A stretch of DNA of 64,000 nt, taken from the NCBI GenBank assembly GCA_963833095.1, contig CAWHWQ010000005.1, forward strand, positions 96,001 to 160,000, read 5' to 3'. This document shows, piece by piece, positions 55,984 through 64,000 of this stretch. Position numbers and translations under genes: made by a program. How positions within the stretch are numbered: position 1 is the stretch's first letter; every line of letters begins with the position of its first letter. This DNA is from Vulcanimicrobiota bacterium. GTDB taxonomy: Bacteria; Vulcanimicrobiota; Vulcanimicrobiia; Vulcanimicrobiales; Vulcanimicrobiaceae. Under the pieces are notes generated by a model. The model worked only from the letters and a program-made list of their open reading frames with translations. It was not told the origin of the DNA and searched no databases.

Positions 55984-56568
55984 TCACTGCTTCAAGTAAC
56001 GAAGCGCAACGCACCCCGACGTAAGAATCTTGGAATCAACAAGTTTCAATTGCAACGTCTCCTCCAAGCTAACACCGTCCAACAACCGTCGTCCTTCTCC
56101 CGCCACGATTGGCTGAACGACAAAATGAAATTCATCGACGAGACCAAGCTCTATGAGTTGTGAGGGAATGGCTACACCACCCGTTAAGATATTCTTACCT
56201 TGTTCTCGTTTTAGTTTGAGTATTTCGTCGTGAATATTCGTACGAACAAGTCGCGTATTTTTTGATTCAGTGCTGTCTAACGATTGCGAGAACACAACTT
56301 TGTTTATGGAGTCAAATGCTTGAGCGAATTCGTTCGCCGCTTTTGTCCCAGAACGATTTTTTGCGAGATCCGGCCAAAAAGGAACCATCAATTGATAGGT
56401 TTTGCGCCCGCATACGAGCAGATCTACATCTTGCAAGAGGCGCGTATGATATTCATATATCTCCTCACTACCTTCGATTGAACCGCCGGACGATCGCTCC
56501 ATGACTGTTTTGGTGTGGTCGCAGCAGCCATCTAAGGTAATGTTGATTGCGAAGACGACATTTCTCAT
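55984..56568 (-). CDS. Dihydrofolate reductase-like (RibD C-terminal domain) protein, low GC
   Basis: INITLDG, GRKTYQLM..FWP, KVVFSQSL, LK...GKNI..GG, GLVDEF.FVVQPIVAGEGRRL. Confidence 0.9.
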   Translation of the reverse strand: MRNVVFAINITLDGCCDHTKTVMERSSGGSIEGSEEIYEYHTRLLQDVDLLVCGRKTYQLMVPFWPDLAKNRSGTKAANEFAQAFDSINKVVFSQSLDSTESKNTRLVRTNIHDEILKLKREQGKNILTGGVAIPSQLIELGLVDEFHFVVQPIVAGEGRRLLDGVSLEETLQLKLVDSKILTSGCVALRYLKQ

Positions 56569-57734
56569 TTTTGCCCCAGCCGCTGGACGATCTCGGATCG
56601 AAGATCCGCTCGCGTCGGAAATCCGTTGACGGCCATGAATAGGTCCGCTTCAGCAAGCAAACAACGCAAGACGTGCACGATCCCGTCGACGCCCCCAAGC
56701 GCGAGCCCGTAGGCGTAGGGACGTCCGATACCAACTGCGGTCGCGCCCAAGGCTAACGCCTTGATGGCATCGACACCGGTTCGCACGCCTGAATCGAAGA
56801 GCACGGGAATCTTTCCGGCTGCCTCGATCACGTCCGGCAACATGTCAATTGCCGCGATACCGCCGTTGGCTTGACGTCCACCGTGATTGGAGCAATAGAT
56901 CCCGTCCACACCACCGTCGATTGCTCGGCGTACGTCATCGGGATGACACACGCCCTTAACGAGCAAGGGGAGTTTCGTCAACGAGCGCAGCCATGGCAGA
57001 TCATCCCACGTCAACGGATTGCCGAATATTTTGGTCCACTGCATCGTGGCGGCTGCCACATCGTCTTGTGGACGTTTCGAAAGCATCGCGCGAAAACGTT
57101 CGTCGGAAAAATAGTTTTCGAGGCAGTGGCCTCGCAGCTGCGGAAAACTTCCCGACGCCAGATCGCGCGGGCGCCAACCTGGAATCCAGGTGTCGAGCGT
57201 GACGACGATACCCTTGAAGCCGGCGGCTTCCGCGCGCCGCACGAGGCTCTGGGCAAGGTCGCGATCCGTTGGCGTGTAGAGTTGAAAGAATCCCGGCGTA
57301 TCCCCAAAGTGCGTGGCAACGTCTTCGAGCCGATCGACCGATAACGTCGAGGCGACCATTGGGACGCCCGTGCGGGCTGCGGCTTGTGCTGTCGCAATAT
57401 CACCGTGGCCGTCCGGTGCGCACAAACCGATCACGCCAACGGGCGCCATGAATAGCGGCGTCGGAAGCTTGAGGCCAAACAGATCGATCGAGAGGTCACG
57501 CTTCGTCGCCGCTCTGAACATGCGCGGCACAATTCCCCAACGGTCGAACGCGCTGACGTTGAGGTCTTGCGTGCGTTCGTTCCCGCAGCCGCCCGCGACG
57601 TACGACGCGAGGCTTGGCGGCAATGCCGCAAGGGCCTTCGCTTCGAGTTCTTCGTAACGGATTGGAAAACGCGGATTATTCCCGTGCAACGCCGCCAGGT
57701 AAATCTCAAATTGAAAATCTCCGAAATTTGCCAC
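56565..57734 (-). CDS. FMN-dependent alpha-hydroxy acid oxidase (lactate 2-monooxygenase-like)
   Basis: YVAGG.G.E.T, MAPVGV, FFQLY, VTLDT...GWRPRDL, KGV.HPDD, SNHGGRQ, FDSGVR.G.D..KALALGA, GRPY.YGL. Confidence 0.92.
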   Translation of the reverse strand: MANFGDFQFEIYLAALHGNNPRFPIRYEELEAKALAALPPSLASYVAGGCGNERTQDLNVSAFDRWGIVPRMFRAATKRDLSIDLFGLKLPTPLFMAPVGVIGLCAPDGHGDIATAQAAARTGVPMVASTLSVDRLEDVATHFGDTPGFFQLYTPTDRDLAQSLVRRAEAAGFKGIVVTLDTWIPGWRPRDLASGSFPQLRGHCLENYFSDERFRAMLSKRPQDDVAAATMQWTKIFGNPLTWDDLPWLRSLTKLPLLVKGVCHPDDVRRAIDGGVDGIYCSNHGGRQANGGIAAIDMLPDVIEAAGKIPVLFDSGVRTGVDAIKALALGATAVGIGRPYAYGLALGGVDGIVHVLRCLLAEADLFMAVNGFPTRADLRSEIVQRLGQK

Positions 57735-57743
57735 AACGACTCC

Positions 57744-58448
57744 CTACACGACGGCAACGACGGTGACGTCCGCACTTTCCAGTGCTGCGCGAATCGCGCG
57801 AGCAAAGGTGAGCGCATGCGGACTGTCTCCGTGCAGGCAGATCGTTTCACCCGCTCCGGATCGCGCGAACGCCAGCGCCTGCGCGACCGCAGCGTCGGCG
57901 TCCTCGATCAACGCGCCGGGCTCTCCGCGCGGAACCAGCGACCCGTCGGCTTGATAACGGCGATCGGCGAAGACTTCGGCAATCGGCCGTAAGCCGAATG
58001 CGCGGGCGCTTGCAATTTGCTCACCACCGGCAAGAGCGAAGAGCGCAAGCTGCGGATCGACCGCGTGCACCGCGCGCGAGATGGCGTCGGCGACTGCGCG
58101 ATCGCGCGCGGCGACATTGTATAACGCCCCGTGCGCCTTGACGTGGCGCAGCCGGGCGTTATGCGCTTGCGCAATTACCGCGAGCCCGCGCACCTGCGTC
58201 ACGACGTCATCGAAGATCTCGTCGGGCGTTCGACGCAACACGAGCCGCCCGAAGTTTTCGCGATCCGGATACGAAGGATGCGCGCCGATTGCAACTCCAT
58301 GGCGTATCGCATCGCGCACGGTGGTCTCCATCGTCGCCGCGTCGCCGGCGTGCGCGCCGCAGGCGATATTTGCCGACGTGACGATCGCGAGCAGCGCGTC
58401 ATCGTCGCCGCATCCTTCACCAAGATCGGCGTTGAGATCGATGGTCAT
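57744..58448 (-). CDS. pxpA: 5-oxoprolinase subunit A (LamB/YcsF)
   Basis: [61 protein letters not shown]. Confidence 0.94.
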   Translation of the reverse strand: MTIDLNADLGEGCGDDDALLAIVTSANIACGAHAGDAATMETTVRDAIRHGVAIGAHPSYPDRENFGRLVLRRTPDEIFDDVVTQVRGLAVIAQAHNARLRHVKAHGALYNVAARDRAVADAISRAVHAVDPQLALFALAGGEQIASARAFGLRPIAEVFADRRYQADGSLVPRGEPGALIEDADAAVAQALAFARSGAGETICLHGDSPHALTFARAIRAALESADVTVVAVV

Positions 58449-59287
58449 TACAGGTTGTACTCCACGAAGCGCACCTGCGCGCCAATCGGCGCTTGCGCCA
58501 GCATCCATAGATCTTCTTCGTGTACTACGCCGGCGAGCGGATATCCGCCGGTGGTCTGCGCATCGCTCATGAGCACGATCGGTTCACCTGAGGGCGGGAG
58601 CTGAATAAAGCCGGGGAAGACGGCGTGCGAGCGCATCGCGCCGATGTCGTGCGGCACGGCCGCACCTTTCAAGCGGTACCCCATGCGGTTACTTTCGTGA
58701 CCGACCGTCCAGATGCGTCCCCAGAGATGACCGCCGAGCGGTTGCGCCGACGCGCGAAGCACGGAAGCGGTGCGCGGCGGTTCGACAGCCCCACGGCGCG
58801 GTTCGCCGCGTGTCGCACCCAGCACGAGACGATCTCCTGCGCGCAAGGCTCGACCGGAAAAGCCGCCCATTGCGGCGGTGAGATCGGTCGTGCGCGATCC
58901 GAGAACGCGCGGCACATCGAGACCGCCCTCGATTGCGAGCGTCGTTCGCATCCACGCGCGTGGACGCCGCAGTACGAGTCGCGATTCCGCCTGCGCCGAA
59001 TGCGCAGCCCAGGTCGCGATCGGTCGACCGTCGAGCTCCGCGCTGCAATCCGCCCCCGCGAGCGCGAAATGCGCGGAGGATTCAAATGCGATGATGACGT
59101 CGCCGAGCACGATTTCAATAGCGGCGGCATCCTTGTCGTTCCCTACGAGTTCGTTCGCGATTGCATAGCTGCGCAAATCCATCGCCCCGCACCACCCGAC
59201 GCCTTGATGGCGCAACCCAAAGCGCCCGCGATCGACGATCAAGGTCTGCAAGCCGGCGCGCTCGATGGCGATCGCGCGTCCGTTCAT
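58448..59287 (-). CDS. pxpC: 5-oxoprolinase subunit C
   Basis: Start MNGRAI at 59287; G.QT...[51 protein letters not shown]. Confidence 0.92.
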   Translation of the reverse strand: MNGRAIAIERAGLQTLIVDRGRFGLRHQGVGWCGAMDLRSYAIANELVGNDKDAAAIEIVLGDVIIAFESSAHFALAGADCSAELDGRPIATWAAHSAQAESRLVLRRPRAWMRTTLAIEGGLDVPRVLGSRTTDLTAAMGGFSGRALRAGDRLVLGATRGEPRRGAVEPPRTASVLRASAQPLGGHLWGRIWTVGHESNRMGYRLKGAAVPHDIGAMRSHAVFPGFIQLPPSGEPIVLMSDAQTTGGYPLAGVVHEEDLWMLAQAPIGAQVRFVEYNL

Positions 59288-59931
59288 GCCGGAACAAAGC
59301 GCACGCGGTCGCCTGGTTGGACCAGCGCGGCGGGTTCTCGACCCGGATCGAACATCCGCTGCGCGGTGCGACCGATGACGTGCCAACCTCCGGGCGAGTC
59401 GAAAGGATAAACACCGCTCTGCGCGCCGGCAATCGCAACCGATCCCGCCGGCACGCGGGTGCGCGGTTGGGCGCGGCGAGGAAGATGTAAACGCCCGTCG
59501 AGACCATCGAGGTAGGCAAAGCCGGGGAGAAAACCGATGAACGCAACCACATACGACCCCGAAGCGTGCAGCGCAACGACCGTATCCTCGGACAAGCCGC
59601 ACGCCTGCGCGACCGCCTGGAGATCCGGCCCGTCGACGCCGCCATAATCAACTGCAATCTCGATCGTGCGTTCGCTCGCGTTTTCGCCGATCGCGCGTCC
59701 CCACGCCGATTCAAGCTCGCCGCGAAGCGCGTCGTAGTCGACGCAGCGATGATCGAAGGCCAGCGTGAGATTTCCCGCTCCAACGACGGCTTCAGCGACA
59801 TGCGCCCAGCCGCGAGCCGCGCGAGCGAGCGCCCAGAGGCGCGGCTGCAGGCGCGCACCCGTCTCCGCGGCCTCCAGCACGATCGTCGACTGCCCAACTC
59901 GTCGAAAGTTAGGCGTTCCAAACTCTTTCAT
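59284..59931 (-). CDS. pxpB: 5-oxoprolinase subunit B
   Basis: YGG.DGPDL..VA, Y.V.FIGFLPGFAYL, PRR..PRTRVPAGSVAIAG.Q.GVYP..SPGGWH.IGRT. Start approximate. Confidence 0.92.
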   Translation of the reverse strand: MKEFGTPNFRRVGQSTIVLEAAETGARLQPRLWALARAARGWAHVAEAVVGAGNLTLAFDHRCVDYDALRGELESAWGRAIGENASERTIEIAVDYGGVDGPDLQAVAQACGLSEDTVVALHASGSYVVAFIGFLPGFAYLDGLDGRLHLPRRAQPRTRVPAGSVAIAGAQSGVYPFDSPGGWHVIGRTAQRMFDPGREPAALVQPGDRVRFVPA

Positions 59932-59972
59932 CAAAGAAGGCGATTCGCTATCGACGTCCGGAAGCACCGCTC

Positions 59973-60776
59973 ATGGATCCGCAGGAACCGGTCGTCACCG
60001 AGATCGTCGTCGACATTCCGGGCTGGCAGAGCGTCAAGCCGCGCATTCCCGATACGTTGCAGCGGCGAAATCTCGAGGCACAGCGGAGCGTGCGCGAGAT
60101 TGTCTTCGGCGCGCAAGACGGCATTCTCACGACGCTCGGCATCATCACCGGCGTCGGCGTCGCCGAAGGCGCGCGTTCGGCGGTCTTTATCAGCGGATTT
60201 CTCGCGATGCTCGCAGGCGCGCTCTCGATGGCGGTCGGCGAGTATTTGGGCGGCCGATCCGAACGCGAAGTGGTGCAAGCGACAATCGCGATGGAGAAGG
60301 CCGAAATGGCGGCCGATCCGCAGGGCGAGTTCGCCGAGCAAGTCGCTTATTATAAGATGAAAGGCTTCTCAGCTGAGGAAGCGCAGATGATCGTGCGCCG
60401 TCTCGCGCAGCATCCCGACATCTACCTTTATGAAATGATGCGTGACGAGTTCGGCATCGACCCACGCGTCGCCGACGATACCGATCTGCGCGCGCCGATC
60501 GCGATGGGGGGATCGTTTGCGTTAGGGTCGCTGGTGCCGATTATTGCCTACATCATCCCGCTCTCGATGATCGGCTCGACCATTCTCGCGCTCGTGCTCG
60601 CGGTCGCCGCACTTTTCGGCGTCGGATTCTATGCCGCGCGCAACACCGATCGCAATCCGGTGAGCAAGGGACTCGAGATCGTCGCCTTCGGCGTCGTCGT
60701 GTTCGTCCTCTCGTATCTCGCGGGCCACTACATTCCGCCGCTGTTCGGCCACGCGCCGGTTTCAGTGGGCGGATAA
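59973..60776 (+). CDS. VIT1/CCC1-family Fe/Mn transporter
   Basis: REIVFGAQDG, AGALSMAVGEYL...SERE, Glu-rich cytosolic segment, SFALGSLVP. Confidence 0.9.
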   Translation: MDPQEPVVTEIVVDIPGWQSVKPRIPDTLQRRNLEAQRSVREIVFGAQDGILTTLGIITGVGVAEGARSAVFISGFLAMLAGALSMAVGEYLGGRSEREVVQATIAMEKAEMAADPQGEFAEQVAYYKMKGFSAEEAQMIVRRLAQHPDIYLYEMMRDEFGIDPRVADDTDLRAPIAMGGSFALGSLVPIIAYIIPLSMIGSTILALVLAVAALFGVGFYAARNTDRNPVSKGLEIVAFGVVVFVLSYLAGHYIPPLFGHAPVSVGG

Positions 60777-60777
60777 T

Positions 60778-61467
60778 TCAGGGCAACACTCCGTCAAACG
60801 ATTCTCGCTGATATGCGTCCAAAAACGCTTGCAATTCCGCGACTCGCTGCGCGCCCATCCGCTGCGCCGTTTTGGTGATCAACTTGGGCGGAATGTCGTG
60901 AATGAAGCTGCGTAGCGCTTTTATCGCATTCGCCGCGCTTGCTGCGGAGGCACCGGTGAGCGAAATCATTCGCACGGCACCGATCGCTCCGAGAAAATCG
61001 AGCGAGTCGGCATCATGTAAGACGATCGCATTGGGATCGCTGCCCGGGTCACTGTAGTACATGTGGCCCCGCATTGCCGCTTGCACGCTTGGAAACTTCG
61101 CCATCGGAAAGCCGGCATCGCGCAGGATCGATTCACTCTCGCGCGCGGCGACGTCGCCATGCTCACCCTTGGCTTGATAGGGCGCAAAGGCCGCCATATC
61201 GTGCAGCATACACGCAGCGAAAAGGACGTCGGTATCGATGGTAAGACCATCGCCTTTGGCGAGCTGGAGCGCGATTTGATAGTTGCGCTCGCCGTGCTGC
61301 CAACCCCAGGCCGGATGCGTGAACGATTTCCGCGCCAGCTCGTAGATCGTCACTTTCCAAGGCGCATCCAGCGGAATTCCGCTCGCGGTTGTCGGACTTG
61401 CGCATACCGGACTCGAGATCGCAAGCGCGAGCACCGCAAGGGTGATCGAACGGACCAAATTCTTCAT
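60778..61467 (-). CDS. HD-domain phosphohydrolase with N-terminal signal peptide
   Basis: MKNLVRSITLAVLALAISSPVCA; QHGER, AACMLHD, GEHG, HM, LHDADSLD.LGAIG..R. Alternative start 61479. Confidence 0.85.
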   Translation of the reverse strand: MKNLVRSITLAVLALAISSPVCASPTTASGIPLDAPWKVTIYELARKSFTHPAWGWQHGERNYQIALQLAKGDGLTIDTDVLFAACMLHDMAAFAPYQAKGEHGDVAARESESILRDAGFPMAKFPSVQAAMRGHMYYSDPGSDPNAIVLHDADSLDFLGAIGAVRMISLTGASAASAANAIKALRSFIHDIPPKLITKTAQRMGAQRVAELQAFLDAYQRESFDGVLP

Positions 61468-63454
61468 GGCTAGCGTCATTCAACGTATCGTCACCAGCGC
61501 ATTTCGGATCGAACGCAACGGGGTCGAGCCGGTCTTCGCCGTGCGCTCGGGCATCGGCGTCGCAGTCGCGCTCCTTGCCGGCTTTGCCAGCGGCGTCCCG
61601 ATCTATGCCGTCGCCGCCGGTATCGGCGCGTTCAGCGTGGGGTTCGCATCGCTGCAGGGCGTGTATCGCACACGCGCCGGCACGATGCTCGGCATGGCGT
61701 TTGCAATGGCATTATCGACGGCGGTTGCATCGCTCTGCTCGCATTCGGCCGAACTCGCGATCTTGGCGCTGGCGGTTTGGGGCTTTGGCTATGGGATGAT
61801 CGCCGCGCTCGGGCCAGGCGCCTCTGCGATCGGCGTGAATGCAACGACCGCGTTGATCATCTTCGAACGCTATCCAATGCCGCTACACGTTGCGGCAATG
61901 GTGGCGCTCATCATGTTTGGCGGCGGTTTGCTCCAGACGCTTTTGCTCGTCATACTCTGGCCGATTGAGCGCTATCCGCAAGAACGGCACGCGCTCGCCG
62001 ACGCCTATCGCGAGCTTGGCCAGTACGCGCAAGCCGGCGACGCGTCGACGCGTGTGCCCTCTACCACCGAGCTCATCGCGGTTCGTAAGACGCTAGCCGA
62101 TCCGCGGCCTTTCGGACGTCCGCTCGTACTCGCCGCGTTTCAGAGCCTCCTCGATGAAGCCGTTCGCATCCGCGCGTCGCTCGCGCTGCTTACGACCGTC
62201 GGCGGCGACAAGTATGCGCGCCTTCGTCCGGTGATCGCGCGAGCGCTCGATGCAATCGCGCGAGCGCTCGACGATGCGCATGCACCCGACGACGACGCGC
62301 TGTACGGCATGCTCAACACCGAGACGAACGATCCCAACCTGCGCGCGCTCTACGGACAGATCCGCGCTGCATGGCGATCCGCGAGCGTTCCGCTCGGCCG
62401 ATTCGCGTTGCCCGAACTCCACTATCCGACACGCCTGCCGAGCTTCAAGAGCTCGGTAACCGTGCTGCGCGAGCATTTCCATCTCCGTTCGGCGTTTGGG
62501 CGGCATGCGGTTCGCCTCGCTGTAACGCTCGCGGCAGCGGGCGTGCTTGGCGATATCTTGCCGGTTCAGCGCGGCTACTGGATCACCCTGACCGCCGTGC
62601 TCGTCTTGCGCCCCGATTTTACGACAACGCTCTCGCGCGGCGTTGCGCGCATCGCCGGAACAATCGTGGGCGTCGTCGCTGCCACGGCAATCGTCCTTGC
62701 CGTCCCGAATACACCGCATATCACGCTGGCACTGGCGATCTTCTTTGCTGCGATCAGCTATGCCGCGTTCCAACTCAATTATGGCATCTTCAGTCTGACG
62801 GTTACTGCGTACGTTGTTTTCTTGCTGGCGCTCTTAGGAACGCCCGAATCCACCGCAGTGCAAAACCGCTTGGTAGCGACAGTCATCGGGGGTCTCCTCG
62901 CGATTGGATCGTATCTTATCTGGCCAACCTGGGAGTCGCCGCGCACGGTCGCGAATTTGCGCGCGCTCATAAACGGCTCGCTCGACTACACGCGTCTTCT
63001 ACTCATCGGTTTGATCGATCCAAGCGCGCGCGACCTTACGAAGATGCGGGGAGTGCGCGCGAAACTCTGGAGCGTGCGTGCGAACGCAGGGGAATCGCTC
63101 GAGCGCATGCTCAGCGAACCCGGAGGCACCCACGAAATCGATCCGGACACCGCACTCGGCCTCATGGCCGCATCCGAGCGCCTCGGTCTTGCCAACACAG
63201 CGCTTTCGAGCCTCTATCAAGATTCGCAGACGGCGGCCTTTCCCGCGCTTGCACCGCTTGCGGCCGCGCTGGCGAGCGCCTCGATCGATGGAGCGACGGG
63301 ATTACGCGAGGCTTATGCGCAGGTCGCGAGCGCTCTCGAACCCGGCACCGATGACACGACGCAAGCGCTGCTCACGGCGTGCGACCGCATCGTCGACAGC
63401 ACGAACACGATTGTCGAACTGTGGGGAAGAGCGACGCCCGCGACGAAGCTCTAG
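61466..63454 (+). CDS. FUSC/YccS-family membrane protein
   Basis: N-terminal TM cluster; RHAVRLAV, RGYWI.LT..LVLRPDF..T..RG..RI.GT..GV, NRL..T.IGG. Confidence 0.88.
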   Translation: MASVIQRIVTSAFRIERNGVEPVFAVRSGIGVAVALLAGFASGVPIYAVAAGIGAFSVGFASLQGVYRTRAGTMLGMAFAMALSTAVASLCSHSAELAILALAVWGFGYGMIAALGPGASAIGVNATTALIIFERYPMPLHVAAMVALIMFGGGLLQTLLLVILWPIERYPQERHALADAYRELGQYAQAGDASTRVPSTTELIAVRKTLADPRPFGRPLVLAAFQSLLDEAVRIRASLALLTTVGGDKYARLRPVIARALDAIARALDDAHAPDDDALYGMLNTETNDPNLRALYGQIRAAWRSASVPLGRFALPELHYPTRLPSFKSSVTVLREHFHLRSAFGRHAVRLAVTLAAAGVLGDILPVQRGYWITLTAVLVLRPDFTTTLSRGVARIAGTIVGVVAATAIVLAVPNTPHITLALAIFFAAISYAAFQLNYGIFSLTVTAYVVFLLALLGTPESTAVQNRLVATVIGGLLAIGSYLIWPTWESPRTVANLRALINGSLDYTRLLLIGLIDPSARDLTKMRGVRAKLWSVRANAGESLERMLSEPGGTHEIDPDTALGLMAASERLGLANTALSSLYQDSQTAAFPALAPLAAALASASIDGATGLREAYAQVASALEPGTDDTTQALLTACDRIVDSTNTIVELWGRATPATKL

Positions 63455-63457
63455 CAT

Positions 63458-64000
63458 GTGCCTGAATACGTGTATTCCATGTTTCGCGTCGGCAAAACGG
63501 TGCCGCCGAAGCGTCAGATTCTCAAGGATATTTCACTGAGCTTTTTTCCCGGCGCAAAGATCGGGATTCTCGGTCTCAACGGTGCGGGAAAGTCCTCGCT
63601 GCTGCGCATCATGGCCGGCGTCGATACCGAGTTCGACGGCGACGCCGCGCCCGCGGCGAATCTGACGATCGGTTATTTGGAACAAGAGCCCAAACTCGAT
63701 CCCGAGATGACCGTGCGCGAAGCCGTCGAGGAAGGCTTGGGTGAGTTGATCGCGGCGCGCAAGCGCCTCGAGGAACTCTACGCCGAGTACGGCGATCCCG
63801 ACGCCGATTTCGACAAGCTTGCCGAAGAGCAGTCCAAGCTCGAAGCGGTGTCTGCAAGCTGCGGGCGACGATCTCGATCAACAGCTCGAGATCGCGGCCG
63901 ACGCGCTGCGTCTGCCGCCATGGGATGCGAAGATCGGGCCGCTCTCCGGCGGCGAGAAGCGCCGCGTCGCGCTATGCCGTTTGCTGCTCTCGAAGCCCGA
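63458..64000 (+). CDS. ettA: Energy-dependent translational throttle ABC-F protein, 3' partial, with apparent frameshift near 63851
   Basis: [51 protein letters not shown]; homology ([33 protein letters not shown]) continues only in the +1 frame after 63851. Confidence 0.88.
   Translation, partial: MPEYVYSMFRVGKTVPPKRQILKDISLSFFPGAKIGILGLNGAGKSSLLRIMAGVDTEFDGDAAPAANLTIGYLEQEPKLDPEMTVREAVEEGLGELIAARKRLEELYAEYGDPDADFDKLAEEQSKLEAVSASCGRRSRSTARDRGRRAASAAMGCEDRAALRRREAPRRAMPFAALEAR

Noticed and set aside
1..64000. Numerous long antisense or alternative-frame ORFs (e.g. 19387-20679, 20253-21500, 44817-45902)
   Set aside because: Arg/Ala-rich shadows typical of high-GC DNA, overlapping well-supported genes and lacking motifs.

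Overview
High-GC, tightly packed bacterial chromosomal window. The style of its secreted hypothetical proteins tentatively suggests Eremiobacterota/Vulcanimicrobiota (inference only). I saw no rRNA, tRNA, CRISPR array, transposase or phage genes. Layout: (1) 1-10 kb, Liv-type ABC importer with two permease pairs, two tandem alpha/beta hydrolases, acyl-CoA ligase, MaoC dehydratase and thioesterase. (2) 10-15 kb, AraC regulator, secreted bicupin, Tat-type DJ-1 protein, Kup. (3) 15-23 kb, form I aerobic CO dehydrogenase cluster coxMSLGFDE plus a second XdhC gene (CoxL motif AYRCSFR). (4) 24.5-41 kb, a hypoxia/fermentation-like block: phosphoketolase, acetate kinase, aldehyde dehydrogenase with DUF779, two Zn alcohol dehydrogenases, SatP-like channel, ba3-type oxidase cbaDBA, USP, a FixL-like PAS kinase, two single-domain receivers, an orphan OmpR regulator, an uncalled 59-aa stand-alone HisKA/DHp protein, and three dispersed paralogs of an uncharacterised SRPBCC-like family. 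(5) 41-64 kb, SRAP, a large lipoprotein, a two-permease RND system with a long low-complexity insert, an uncalled 45-aa [D/E]RR-repeat peptide, oxyR, PhzF, a low-GC DHFR-like gene, lactate monooxygenase, pxpBCA, VIT1, a secreted HD protein, FUSC and a frameshifted partial ettA. The best candidate for an undescribed system is the CO-oxidation/hypoxia block with its dispersed phosphorelay (PAS kinase, 2 receivers, free DHp, OmpR regulator) and CoxG-like paralogs. All homology calls come from motif recognition by eye, not from database searches.
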